DNA of 64,000 nt from Gemmatimonas sp. (GCA_965279375.1 OZ257156.1:1728001-1792000); one strand, 5' to 3'. Counted from the stretch's first letter, positions 19,585-32,458 are shown. Made by a program: numbers and translations. The notes: generated by a model from the letters alone, not told the origin.

Positions 19585-21306
19585 TCACCGGTTGGAGGGC
19601 CACTCCAGTCGAATACCGTCCTCACGCAGCTGCGACTGGAAATCGGCGAGGTGCCTGGCGTTGTTCCGCACACCGCGCGGCGACTCCTTGCGCTGCAGGC
19701 AGAACGCGACCAGTGCGCCGACACTTTCACCGATGTTCCATTCGATCGGATGCAGCCGATAGCACCCGTTGGTCAGATGCGTTACGCCGATGTTCTTGCA
19801 GGCCGGCAACACGTTCTTCATCCGCTGCGGGATCAGTGCGCCGAGCGGAATCTGAAAGGGCAGCGTGGCACCGTATCGGCCGCGGTCACCGCGCGTGGTG
19901 AGGTGCAGGTCCATGTTGTAGTGGCCAATGCCCACGCTGTCCGCGAATGGAGCAGCGGTAATTTCACTGATGGGACGATTCAGTTCGCGCGCACGAGACT
20001 CGGCCGACACATGCTGCTCCAGTACCGTGAACTCGGCCTTGATGCGACGGCTTTCGCGGACGTATGGATACTTGGCGAAGCCATCGTTCGTGCCCAGTAC
20101 ATCGGGGCGCAAACGCAGCCCCTTCCAGCCGACGCCGCCATCAGCGCGCGGTGCCTCGGTCTGGAGCCAGTACAGCAAGGAGAGTCCCAGCTGCTTGCTC
20201 GCCGCGAGATGCGACGTCTGCGCAGACCACTCTCGAGGTGACACATCGAGCAGTGAGCCGAACGAGTAGTCGTTGAGCCCCCAGTTTACGAGCGTGATGT
20301 CGCTGCGATGGGTCCCCGGCGTGAAGAGATCGCGATCGATGATGCGACGGTACGACCAATAGCCCGTGCGCTTCTCCGGGTCGAAACCGATCCGCTTGTT
20401 TGCCGGATCGTCAAAGCTGAGCAGCGGATAGGGATTGCCGTCGTCGGCGGTGATCAGGAGTTCGCGCCAGCGCGCATACTCGCGTGGACGATCGATCGTG
20501 TGATCTTCTCCGTGCAGGTAGTCCATGGCGTACACCATCGTGAACCCCTGCACGTTGTCGGGCTGATATTCCGCCTTTGCATGCGGCTCGCCCGTCTGCG
20601 CGATCGACTCAGCGCCAACGCGATACTCAGTGCCCGTCATCGGCAGCAGATCGCCCAATTCAGTCGCATCGGCGAAGTAGTCGGCGATCAGCGTCCGCTC
20701 GCGCCCTTCTGTTTCGTCGCGGAGGTGAACGGCGCGCACACGGTCACCGGCGACTGTTGCCCGTACCGTCCGATGTGTGAGCAGGATGCGCAGTTGGCCA
20801 TTCGCGACGAACGGCGCGAGCATTTCCTGCAACACGGCGAGCGCTACGCGCGGCTCCGCGCCAATGCGTGATACCCAGCAGTTGCCGGGATTCAGGCGTG
20901 CGTTGGCGCGTGCCCGGTCGGTAAGCGGCGTGTTGCGCCGATAGTAGTCGCGAATCGCGGCGCGCAGTGCCTGATAGCTTCGCGTGCCGCCCACTGTCTC
21001 GATCCACTGGTTCTCGTCTGGCGGTACTCCCTGCTGCGTGAGCTGGCCGCCGATCCAATCGGTCTCCTCGGACATGACGACACGGAGTCCGCGGCGTAAG
21101 GCGCCCAGCGCAGCGGCGCACCCGCCGAGGCCACCGCCGATGATGGCGAAGTCCGCGCGGATTTCTTCGTCGCTTCCGTCGGTACGCGATGTCGCCGGCG
21201 CACGGGTGACGGCGCGCGTGCGGCAGCCCGTCGCCGCGAGTATCAGCGGTGCCGCGAGCGCAGTGCGACTGAGAAACTCTCGGCGCCCGATGAGGTCATC
21301 ACTCAT
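19585..21306 (-). CDS. FAD-dependent oxidoreductase (FAD_oxidored-type), Tat-exported lipoprotein
   Basis: GRREFL twin-arginine, ATGC lipobox, IIGGGLGG Rossmann motif, DATELGD, PYVRESRR, GCYRLHP. Confidence 0.85.
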   Translation of the reverse strand: MSDDLIGRREFLSRTALAAPLILAATGCRTRAVTRAPATSRTDGSDEEIRADFAIIGGGLGGCAAALGALRRGLRVVMSEETDWIGGQLTQQGVPPDENQWIETVGGTRSYQALRAAIRDYYRRNTPLTDRARANARLNPGNCWVSRIGAEPRVALAVLQEMLAPFVANGQLRILLTHRTVRATVAGDRVRAVHLRDETEGRERTLIADYFADATELGDLLPMTGTEYRVGAESIAQTGEPHAKAEYQPDNVQGFTMVYAMDYLHGEDHTIDRPREYARWRELLITADDGNPYPLLSFDDPANKRIGFDPEKRTGYWSYRRIIDRDLFTPGTHRSDITLVNWGLNDYSFGSLLDVSPREWSAQTSHLAASKQLGLSLLYWLQTEAPRADGGVGWKGLRLRPDVLGTNDGFAKYPYVRESRRIKAEFTVLEQHVSAESRARELNRPISEITAAPFADSVGIGHYNMDLHLTTRGDRGRYGATLPFQIPLGALIPQRMKNVLPACKNIGVTHLTNGCYRLHPIEWNIGESVGALVAFCLQRKESPRGVRNNARHLADFQSQLREDGIRLEWPSNR

Positions 21307-21355
21307 CGCTGTCGATCAGACGACACGGATGTCGATGCGCGCTGCGGTCGCGCGT

Positions 21356-22804
21356 CTACTTGCTCCAAATGACGATACTGCCGCAGCCGCTCAAGCCGGG
21401 CACGAACTGCGGCGGTGCCTGACCCGCCGCATAGACCTCGATGCCCGCGATGTCCGAGGGGCGTATGAACGCATCCAGATCCGATGCATTGATGTCGTTC
21501 ATGACCTGGCCGTGGAGATAGATCGCAGGCGTACAGCGATCCGTGAACAGACCTCGCATGAGGACCTTGGTGTCGAGGTCGCCCGGTCGATCGACAAACA
21601 ATCCTCCGATGGAGAGAAACAGATCCGACGTCACGTTCGGCTGCCGACGCAGGATGTCGTCAGCGGTAAGGAAGCGTCCGAGCCCCGACTTCGCGCGATC
21701 ACGGAAGCCCGCCATCTCGACGAACCGATCGAACTTGGCGCGCACCTTCATCGTGTCCAACACCGACTGGAAGGTCGCGAGGTACACTTCGGCTGGGCGC
21801 GCGCCTTCGACCACATCGACGACCGTACGCTCCGGGTAGTAGCCGACGGCGCGAACCTCGAGCTGTCGTGTCCCCGAAGGTGCATCGGTGATCGTCCACT
21901 CACCTGCATCATTGGTGCGCGCCTGCGGGCCGTTGACGATGCGCACCGAAGCGCCAGCCAGCGGCTTACCGTTGCCGTTCGCGCGCACGCGTCCGCTCAT
22001 TCGCGTGCTGCCCACGTGCATCGACGCCGGCAATGCCGTGCTGTCGCTGCTCATCCTGGCTACGACGGTTTGCGCCGGTCCCACGTACAGATCGCGACGC
22101 AGGAGTCCTTCGAGCGGCACCTGTGCTTCCACGAGGTCGGTGCTGTCGGCGCCACGACTCGCCATCAGCTGCACGATGCCCTGCGCGGGCACATCGCACG
22201 CTGCATACCAGCCACTCTCCCGCGTCTTCACGATGCGGCGCGGCGTGCGGCGCTTCATGCCGCCTGCTCCGATGGAGAGCTCCACCCACTCGGCGATCAC
22301 GGTCGCATCGGCGATCGGCTCACGCGTGCGCGCGTCGCGCACAAAGCCAACGGTCACACCGCCACCGCTGCCTGCAGCGGCCGCTCCGCAGATCGCGGAT
22401 CGCACGCGGGCGGAAGACGGAATCGCGAGGTCGGCTCGTACATCGCGCGCTCCACTCACGGACACGGCGCGCAACATCGGCTCGAGCCCCAGCGAATCGA
22501 GCATCGGATGGAAGAATCCGATGGTGTACTTCCCATCGGGGACGCGCTCGAAGCGAAAGTGTCCCGCCGCGTCGGCCACGACCGTCTCGCCGAATTGCAC
22601 GTTCGTATCAGCGGCGACGAGCTGCACGGTCGCGCCGGGCAGGCCCTGTCGCGCGATGCTGTCGAAGACGAAGCCAACTATGACGTTCGACGGTGCGCTA
22701 CGGCCTGCTGCAGACGCGGAGGCGCGCGCGGCGACGGTTTGCGCGTGCAGCAGAGGCGACGCCAGCAGCAGCGCGGCAGCAACGGAGACAAGCGAAGAGC
22801 GCAT
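21356..22804 (-). CDS. Secreted protein with carboxypeptidase-regulatory-like domains and a C-terminal TonB-plug-like domain, no barrel
   Basis: Signal peptide; GLPGATV / PIADATV / PLAGASV domain starts; GRFLTADDI, PSDIAGIEVY, CGSIVIWSK end. Confidence 0.7.
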   Translation of the reverse strand: MRSSLVSVAAALLLASPLLHAQTVAARASASAAGRSAPSNVIVGFVFDSIARQGLPGATVQLVAADTNVQFGETVVADAAGHFRFERVPDGKYTIGFFHPMLDSLGLEPMLRAVSVSGARDVRADLAIPSSARVRSAICGAAAAGSGGGVTVGFVRDARTREPIADATVIAEWVELSIGAGGMKRRTPRRIVKTRESGWYAACDVPAQGIVQLMASRGADSTDLVEAQVPLEGLLRRDLYVGPAQTVVARMSSDSTALPASMHVGSTRMSGRVRANGNGKPLAGASVRIVNGPQARTNDAGEWTITDAPSGTRQLEVRAVGYYPERTVVDVVEGARPAEVYLATFQSVLDTMKVRAKFDRFVEMAGFRDRAKSGLGRFLTADDILRRQPNVTSDLFLSIGGLFVDRPGDLDTKVLMRGLFTDRCTPAIYLHGQVMNDINASDLDAFIRPSDIAGIEVYAAGQAPPQFVPGLSGCGSIVIWSK

Positions 22805-22977
22805 GATCGGACCTCGGCGTATCGATGCGTCGGGACGCGGCACGAGATCGACAGCAGCGTGAGATCCCGTGCGGCGCGGGCAGGAAGCCCTAACGCTTGA
22901 AAGCAATCCGCCCGAGGCGTTGTGCGGAAGTCCGCGGACGCCACGCCGGCGCCCGCGGACTGTCCCACCGGCTTCGC

Positions 22978-23937
22978 TTACGCTCGGCTCGTCCGACGGC
23001 GACGGCGCGCCACCAGCGCCATCGCCGCGAGACCAGCCGACATCAGGGCGTAGGTGGAGGGCTCGGGCACCACGTTCTGCGGGATGCCCGCCAACTGCGC
23101 CTGCAGCAGGCTGGTGTTCCCCGCCGTGAACATCGTGTTCATGGTGTGCGATGCATCGGCCAGCACAAACCCCGGCACCTGCTGCGGGACCGACGAACTC
23201 AGGAAGGTCGACATGAAGAAGCCGCTCCCCGGGTTCAGCGTGAAGGTCACCGAGCCACTGCCGGTGACCACACCCCCCGGGCCGGCCATCGAGCCATCCA
23301 GAAACACCTGCGAGAGGTCCAGATTGCTGCCGAGTGGTAGTTCCAACGCGAGGTTCGGATCGACGATCCCGTCGAAAATGCTGATGCCGCCCGACGTGCT
23401 CGCGAATATGCCCGAGTCAAACCCGGTCACGGGATCGACGAACCCCTGCATGATCGCGTCGATCGTATAGGAGATCGTGAAGGTCTCCGGCTGCGTTCCG
23501 GTGAACGTGTACCACTGCAGCGCATTCGCGACGGCGTTGACGTCGTAGTAGTAGCAGCAGATTCCGGAGTAGCCCGGCGGCGAGCCGGTCATGACGATGC
23601 TCTGCGCCAGCGTCTTCAGCTGCGCCGTTGCGAGGACGCCTTGCAGCTGTGCACTCGCGAGGTAGTTGAGGAAAGCCGGTTCGTTCGACCCCGGCGCAGC
23701 CCCTGTGAACGTGGTACTGGCACTGTTCTGGCCGACGCCGCCCACTTCGGTAATGCTCATCACACCGCCCGTCGGCTGGCAGGCGATGGTGGCGCAGGGG
23801 AAGTACCCCCAGTTCGAGATGCCGACAGCCTGTGTTCCCGGCTGGGTCATCTGCTGTGCTTCGGCGACCGTCGGCAGCATCGCCAGTAGCGCGCCGGTGG
23901 CCAAGGTCAACAAGGTTTGCTTCGCAACGACGCGCAC
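22978..23937 (-). CDS. PEP-CTERM sorting-domain protein
   Basis: GGAGGT RBS before GTG; signal peptide AEA; C-terminal VPEPSTYALM-TM-RRRRR. Confidence 0.9.
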   Translation of the reverse strand: MRVVAKQTLLTLATGALLAMLPTVAEAQQMTQPGTQAVGISNWGYFPCATIACQPTGGVMSITEVGGVGQNSASTTFTGAAPGSNEPAFLNYLASAQLQGVLATAQLKTLAQSIVMTGSPPGYSGICCYYYDVNAVANALQWYTFTGTQPETFTISYTIDAIMQGFVDPVTGFDSGIFASTSGGISIFDGIVDPNLALELPLGSNLDLSQVFLDGSMAGPGGVVTGSGSVTFTLNPGSGFFMSTFLSSSVPQQVPGFVLADASHTMNTMFTAGNTSLLQAQLAGIPQNVVPEPSTYALMSAGLAAMALVARRRRRTSRA

Positions 23938-24036
23938 GAGACCTCCACGAGTGTTCGGATGGACGCCGAGTTCCGGGGCAGGACTGCCTCCGGTCTCCCC
24001 TGCATCACTCGTGGCGCAACGCGGTGCGCAATCTGG

Positions 24037-26775
<2,739 letters not shown>

Positions 26776-26859
26776 GAAGGCGGCGTGCGTGGTTCAGGGC
26801 CGATCGACCACGCGGATGTGGTCCTTGCCATGCATGGCGTCAGATCGGCGCCGATTCGG

Positions 26860-27408
26860 TCACGCGCGGTCGGGCAACCCGAGATCGCGCGACACTTCCT
26901 TGCGCAGCCACGCGCGGGCGGCCGTCCAGTCCCGCTGCACCGTCTTGGGCGACACGGCGAGCGCGTCTGCCGTCTCGGTTTCCGTGAGTCCGCCGAAGAA
27001 ACGCATCTCCACCACCTGTGCCGCGCGCGGGTTGGCGACCGTCAGCCGCTCGAGTGCGTCGTCCAGTGCGAGCATCTCATCGGCTTCCTCGGTGCTCAGA
27101 AACGCCTCCACAGCCTCCAACGATTCAGCCACCACGCCGCTCCCCCGCTTGTCGGCGCGGATTCGACGTGCATGATCGACCAGGACGCGGCGCATCGTCG
27201 TGGACGCGATGGCGAAGAACTGCGTGGACTCGTCCGGTGGCAGCGCTTCGCTGGCGGAGATGCGCAGCCAAGCCTCATGCACCAGTGCGGTGGTGCCGAG
27301 GGTGTGGCCATCTGCCTCACGCCGAAGCTGCGCGTGAGCGAGCACTTTGAGCTCCTGATAGAGCTGTGGGGCGAGCGCGTCTGCCCAGGCGGAACGCGAG
27401 GAGGCCAT
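26860..27408 (-). CDS. ECF sigma factor, kinase-associated (ECF43/TIGR02999-like); start uncertain
   Basis: LYQEL..LAHAQL, HTLGTTALVHEAWLR, MRRVLVDHAR, VVEMRFFGGLT..ETA, TVQRDW..ARAWL. Confidence 0.9.
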   Translation of the reverse strand: MASSRSAWADALAPQLYQELKVLAHAQLRREADGHTLGTTALVHEAWLRISASEALPPDESTQFFAIASTTMRRVLVDHARRIRADKRGSGVVAESLEAVEAFLSTEEADEMLALDDALERLTVANPRAAQVVEMRFFGGLTETETADALAVSPKTVQRDWTAARAWLRKEVSRDLGLPDRA

Positions 27409-27526
27409 CCAGAAGGGTCGAAAGCAGAAGAGGCGAGCGGACTCAACCGAATGTCCATGAGAAGCGGGCACTCGTCCAGCAGGAAGACGATTCCCACTCC
27501 GCTCCGTTTCGTCCCCGCTCGGTAGG

Positions 27527-28906
27527 TCAGCGCCCCGCCGCCTGGCTCGCCGCGACCTTGGCGTTCTCCGCCGGCGTGCGCCCCACCGCTCGCACGTTCA
27601 CGATCTTGTTCAGGATGTCGAACCAGAACGGCGCGCCCAGCGACAGTGCCAGCGCCGTCAGCAACAGCCCCACCGCGCCCTTGAGCACCTGCGGGACATA
27701 GAGCTCCGCGTACAGCTGCAGCTTGGGCGGAATCTCCACGCGTCGCTCGCCCGTACCGGCCGTTCGCGACGTGAACCAGTCCGCCGCCTCGATGATCGTG
27801 CGCACGTTGGGCGGCACATCGTAGCCGATCGGGATGCCGAGTCGCTGCACGTTGGCGATCGACTGGGCGAAGTCCGCGCGTTCGGCGGCTGCCGCCGCGC
27901 TGGTGTCCGCGGTGAGCTGCTGCCGCAACGGATCGGGCGCGCGCACCGTGGCTTCGGCTTGCGCGACCAGCGCTTCGCGCAACACACGGTTAGACGACAG
28001 CGCGCGCACGATGCGAATCGTGTCGGCATTGGTGAAGAGCGTGACCAGCACCGCGAACATAAGCACGGTGAGCTTCGTCTTGCGCTTGTATAGCCCCGAG
28101 ACGCGCTCCATGGTGCTGTCGAACCACGTCGCGATGTGCGTGCGGAACGCGTTCACGTCACCCTGCGCTTCGTTGAGTGCGAGCAGCAACGGCCGACGGA
28201 CATGCTCGGGGAACTGCGCGATGGCGCGTCGCACCTCCAGTAGCGGCGTCGCCGACCCCGAGCTGCTCGGCGCGACGGTGTCGACGAGCGCAAGGACGAA
28301 CGTCTGCGTGGGGATATACGACGGAATACGCACCTTGTCGTCCCACGGCAGCAGGCGCCACGGCAGCTGGCTCAGGCCGGCGATGAGCGGATGCTCGTAG
28401 AACGACGCGAGCGTGAGATCGGCGCGCGTATGCGCCACGCGCTGCCGCGCATCGTTTAGCTGCGCAGCGAGTCCGGGCCACACGCTGTTCAGCGCAGCCT
28501 CCGCGCTCGCGCGCGACAGCAGCGCCGTGTCACGACGCGTGCGCGCCGCCGTCGTTGCGGTCTCTGATCGCGTCTGCGCGCACAGCTCCTCGTGGGACAG
28601 CGTTGCGTCTTCGGCCTCGTGCACCGCCGCCAGCCACGCGGTCACTGCGGCGTCGGCGGACTCCCTCGCTCGCGATTCGAGTTGCGTGTACGCGGAATGC
28701 GCGGCCGCCTCGGCCTGTGCGAGTGCCGTGATCGCCTTGGCGTCGACCTTGTCGGTGACGTTTCGCAGCAACGCATCGATTCCTGCCTTGAGCGTCGTCG
28801 CGCGCGAGTTGAACCATTGCGACAGCAGTTCGTTGGCCGCCGTGCACACGAGGCTCAACATCAGGTACACGAACACCAGGCCGAGTGCGACGTCGAGCGT
28901 TTGCAT
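27527..28906 (-). CDS. Conserved hypothetical membrane protein
   Basis: N-terminal LDVALGLVFVYLMLSL, PSYIP, WFDSTMERVSGLYKR, C-terminal LGAPFWFDILNK; Ala-rich helical insert. Confidence 0.65.
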   Translation of the reverse strand: MQTLDVALGLVFVYLMLSLVCTAANELLSQWFNSRATTLKAGIDALLRNVTDKVDAKAITALAQAEAAAHSAYTQLESRARESADAAVTAWLAAVHEAEDATLSHEELCAQTRSETATTAARTRRDTALLSRASAEAALNSVWPGLAAQLNDARQRVAHTRADLTLASFYEHPLIAGLSQLPWRLLPWDDKVRIPSYIPTQTFVLALVDTVAPSSSGSATPLLEVRRAIAQFPEHVRRPLLLALNEAQGDVNAFRTHIATWFDSTMERVSGLYKRKTKLTVLMFAVLVTLFTNADTIRIVRALSSNRVLREALVAQAEATVRAPDPLRQQLTADTSAAAAAERADFAQSIANVQRLGIPIGYDVPPNVRTIIEAADWFTSRTAGTGERRVEIPPKLQLYAELYVPQVLKGAVGLLLTALALSLGAPFWFDILNKIVNVRAVGRTPAENAKVAASQAAGR

Positions 28907-28917
28907 GGCAGCGAGCG

Positions 28918-29832
28918 TTAGGGGATACGGTGGCCCTTCGCGGCCGTCCAGAGCGCGTACCAGTCTTCGCGGTCGAGGACGAGGTGTGTAGCGGCGACGG
29001 CCTGCTGCACGCGCGCGAACTTGTTGCTGCCCACGATCGGCATCGGCTGCGAGGGGTGCGCGAGAATCCACGCGTACGCCAGCTGATCGACGGTGGCATT
29101 GCCGTACTTCGGCGAAAGCTCGGCGCACCGCTGCTGCACGCGAACGGCGGCCTCGTCGTCGGTGCGCATCAGGCGCCCCTGCGCCAACGGCGACCAAGCC
29201 ATCGGCGGCAGACGCAGTCGCTGCGCCTGATCGAACGTGCCGTCGTAGATCGGGTCCATGTGCAGCAAGCTGAATTGCAGTTGGTTGGTGACCAGCGGCT
29301 GATCCATGCGCGCGTTGAGCAGCTCGAACTGCTGGACGTTGTAGTTGGACACGCCGGCGCTGCGGATCTTGCCGTCGCGCAGCAGCCGGTTGAGTCCTTC
29401 GGCGGTGTCGTCCGCGCTGGTGAGCCAGTCGGGGCGATGCACGAGCAACAGGTCGATGTAGTCGAGCCCCATCAGGCGCAGTGACGTTTCGGCGCTCTTG
29501 ATGAGCCGTGCGCCCGACATGTTGTAGGAGGCGACTTTGCGTTCGGGGTGCGAGGCGCTGGGGATGTCGATGCCAGCTTTCGTGACGATCTCGAGGCGAT
29601 GCCTGAGCCCCTTGTCGAGCGAGAGCGCTTCACCGATCGCCTGCTCCACGCGATACAAGCCATAGATCTCGGCGGTGTCGATGGTGGTCACACCGACATC
29701 GACGCACTGCTGCAATCGCTCGAGCAGCGGTGCGGGTGCGGATCCGTCCGCGTCGTCCAATAGTCGCCACGTACCGTATACGAGGCGGGAAAACTCGGGG
29801 CCCGTGGGGCCCATGCGCACCCGGGAAGTCAT
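28918..29832 (-). CDS. Aldo/keto reductase (YdhF-like)
   Basis: GTWRL, IDTAEIYG, VTKAG, DLLLVHRPD, GVSN, WSPLAQG. Confidence 0.9.
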   Translation of the reverse strand: MTSRVRMGPTGPEFSRLVYGTWRLLDDADGSAPAPLLERLQQCVDVGVTTIDTAEIYGLYRVEQAIGEALSLDKGLRHRLEIVTKAGIDIPSASHPERKVASYNMSGARLIKSAETSLRLMGLDYIDLLLVHRPDWLTSADDTAEGLNRLLRDGKIRSAGVSNYNVQQFELLNARMDQPLVTNQLQFSLLHMDPIYDGTFDQAQRLRLPPMAWSPLAQGRLMRTDDEAAVRVQQRCAELSPKYGNATVDQLAYAWILAHPSQPMPIVGSNKFARVQQAVAATHLVLDREDWYALWTAAKGHRIP

Positions 29833-29984
29833 GCGCAAGAAACTACGCCCGATTCCGTGATACGGCTCGTCCCGGGATCGCGCGTGAAAGGGATGGTGCG
29901 CGCGGCAACCGTTCATTAATGGTTCACCTTGCTGCGGCGTCTGCCGCATTTCCTCTCGCGACGTCCTGCCTCCTCGTACCACCA

Positions 29985-30893
29985 ATGCGCCGACCTCTTG
30001 TCGCGAGCCTGCTGCTCGCCGCTTGCGCCGCCCCCCTTCGCGCTCAGACGCTCGACGACGCCGTCTTCATGGACCGTGGCGTCATCTGTGCCGGTCTCTT
30101 CTTTACGCACGACAGCTGGAAGGAGTACTGGGAAGGGCGACTCAAGCGCAGCAACGGCAATGTGGGCACCGTGACGACCCGCGATCTCGCCTACATGGGC
30201 GCGTACGGCCTGACCGATCGCATCACGCTGATGGCCTCGCTGCCGTACGTGCGCACCGCGGCCAGCCAGGGTCCGCTGCAGGGACAGAAAGGCGTTCAGG
30301 ATCTCACCGTGTCGGCCAAAGTGCGACTGCTTTCCACGCCATTCACTTCGGCGGGGACGATGAAAGTCATCGCCGTGGGCGGCTACGGAACGCCGGTGTC
30401 CGACTATTCGCCGGACTTTCTCCCGCTCTCCATCGGGATGGCCAGCAAGCGCGTGTTCGGACGCGCGACCGTGTCGTTCCAGAGCAAGCGTGGCTGGTAC
30501 CTCAACAGCTCCACCGGCTACACGTGGCGCTCCAACGTCACGCTCAATCGGCCCGCGTACTTCACCGAGGGGCGACTGACGCTCAGCGACGAAGTGCGCA
30601 TGCCCAATGTGGCCGACTACGTCATCGCCGCCGGCTATCAGCGCGCCGGCTTCCTGATCACGCTCCCGTACACGACGCAGCGCACCCTGGGCGGCGGAGA
30701 CATCCGCCGACAGGATATGCCGTTCGTTTCCAATCGCATGAACTTCTCCAAGCTCGAAGCCCGCGCGCAGTACACGCTCCCCAAACTCAAGGTGGCCAGC
30801 GTGTGGCTCGGCGCATCACGCGTGCTCGACGGACGAAACGTCGGACAGTCAACCGGCTACATGGCCGGACTCGTGCTCGCGGGGCGCCCGTAA
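29985..30893 (+). CDS. Hypothetical outer-membrane beta-barrel protein
   Basis: Signal peptide LRA-Q; alternating aromatic beta-strands; GRNVGQST near C-terminus. Confidence 0.6.
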   Translation: MRRPLVASLLLAACAAPLRAQTLDDAVFMDRGVICAGLFFTHDSWKEYWEGRLKRSNGNVGTVTTRDLAYMGAYGLTDRITLMASLPYVRTAASQGPLQGQKGVQDLTVSAKVRLLSTPFTSAGTMKVIAVGGYGTPVSDYSPDFLPLSIGMASKRVFGRATVSFQSKRGWYLNSSTGYTWRSNVTLNRPAYFTEGRLTLSDEVRMPNVADYVIAAGYQRAGFLITLPYTTQRTLGGGDIRRQDMPFVSNRMNFSKLEARAQYTLPKLKVASVWLGASRVLDGRNVGQSTGYMAGLVLAGRP

Positions 30894-30895
30894 CC

Positions 30896-32458
30896 ATGCG
30901 CACTCTCCGACTCTCTTCGCGCGGTTGGCTCGCGGCGGCCGGTGTGGCGCTCGTTGCGGCCACGCCGGTGGCGTGCAACAAGGACATCACCGCCACCGAA
31001 CAGCTACAGCCGTTGACGCCGGCCAGTGCGGACGCATCCGCGGGCAGCTGGCGTATGATTGTGCTGAGCGCGCCCACGCAGATCGCCGTCGCCGCGCCCT
31101 CCGCGGTCACGAGTGATGCGTACAAGGCGGAACTCACCGCGATCAAGGCATCGCAGGCGTCGCTGACGGCGGCCCAGCGCGCAAACATCGAATACTGGGC
31201 CGGCGGTGGCGTGTTGCGCTGGAATCAGATCCTGCGCGGACTCGTCGCACGCTACAACCTGCCGCCCGCGCCGCGCGCTGATGGATCCTATCCCATCCCC
31301 GACGCCAACAACCCGTTCGCCGATCCCAACTTTCCATTCGCGAACCCGCCGTATGCGGCGCGCGCCTACAGCTACGTGAGCGTGGCGCAGTTCGAAGCGC
31401 TCAAGAGCGCGTGGTACTACAAGTATCAGTTCAACCGGCCGTCGCCGTCGCGCACCGATGCGGCGGTACAAGCGCTCGCGCCGGTCACCGATTTGCCGTC
31501 GTACCCGTCGGAAGACGCCGTGCTGTCCGGCGTCACGGCGGAAATGCTCAAGCTGCTCTTTCCGGCCGCCATCGAAGAGATCACGCGTCGTGCCGCCGAT
31601 CAGCGCGAAGCCGCACTCCTCTCCGGCAAGGCGACAGCCAGTGACATCGCTGCCGGCCTCGCGCTCGGCAACGCCGTCTCGGCGGTCGTCATCACGCGCG
31701 CACGCGCCGACGGCACCGGCAACGCGGTGGGTAACGCCGCGCTCTGGAAGGCGCTGGCTGACAGCGCCACCGCACGCGGCGAGACGCCGTGGGTGAGTCA
31801 GGAGTCGCCGGCGCGCCCGCCGATGCTCCCGAATTTCGGATTCGTGCAAGCGTGGTCCATGAGCGCCGCCGATATAGCGGCCACACGCCCACCCGCGCCG
31901 CCTTCCACAAAGTCGGCGCAGATGGCGACGGAAGTCGCCGAAGTGAAATCCACGGTTAGGAACCTCACCTCCGCGCAGCGCGCGATCGCAGAGAAGTGGA
32001 ACGACGGCGCGGGAACGTACACGCCGCCGGGACACTGGAACGACATCGCCGCCGAGTACGTGCGTGATGCCCGCATGAGCGAAGTGCGTGCAGCGCGCAC
32101 GTTCGCGCTGCTGAACATGGCGATGCACGACGCATCGGTGGCGTGCTGGAATGCCAAGTACACCTACTTCAATCCGCGCCCGGTGCAGCTCGATCCGAGC
32201 ATCGGCACGAGTATCGGCCTCCCGAATTTCCCGGCGTATCCGTCGGGACATTCCACCTTCTCGGCGGCGGCGGCCTCCGTGTTGTCGTATCTGTTTCCCT
32301 CGGGCGCCGACGAGTTCGTGAAGCAGGCTGATGAAGCGGGAATCTCGCGCTTGTACGGCGGGATTCACTACCGTAGCGACATCGAGCGCGGCAAGGAGCA
32401 TGGCAAGGTCGTCGGTGGCTTCACGGTGCGTTTCGCGCAACAGGATCGCGCGAACTGA
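30896..32458 (+). CDS. PAP2/vanadium-haloperoxidase superfamily lipoprotein with two PAP2 domains
   Basis: Lipobox VAC; intact C-terminal motifs KYTYFNPRP, YPSGH, SRLYGGIHYRSD; degenerate N-terminal copy. Confidence 0.85.
   Translation: MRTLRLSSRGWLAAAGVALVAATPVACNKDITATEQLQPLTPASADASAGSWRMIVLSAPTQIAVAAPSAVTSDAYKAELTAIKASQASLTAAQRANIEYWAGGGVLRWNQILRGLVARYNLPPAPRADGSYPIPDANNPFADPNFPFANPPYAARAYSYVSVAQFEALKSAWYYKYQFNRPSPSRTDAAVQALAPVTDLPSYPSEDAVLSGVTAEMLKLLFPAAIEEITRRAADQREAALLSGKATASDIAAGLALGNAVSAVVITRARADGTGNAVGNAALWKALADSATARGETPWVSQESPARPPMLPNFGFVQAWSMSAADIAATRPPAPPSTKSAQMATEVAEVKSTVRNLTSAQRAIAEKWNDGAGTYTPPGHWNDIAAEYVRDARMSEVRAARTFALLNMAMHDASVACWNAKYTYFNPRPVQLDPSIGTSIGLPNFPAYPSGHSTFSAAAASVLSYLFPSGADEFVKQADEAGISRLYGGIHYRSDIERGKEHGKVVGGFTVRFAQQDRAN

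Noticed and set aside
27409..27497. Frameshifted ECF N-terminus (pseudogene)
   Set aside because: Other frames upstream show no sigma-like sequence; regions 2 and 4 are intact
30023..30895. 811-aa extended PAP2 ORF
   Set aside because: Extension overlaps the barrel gene; a lipoprotein signal begins at ATG 30896
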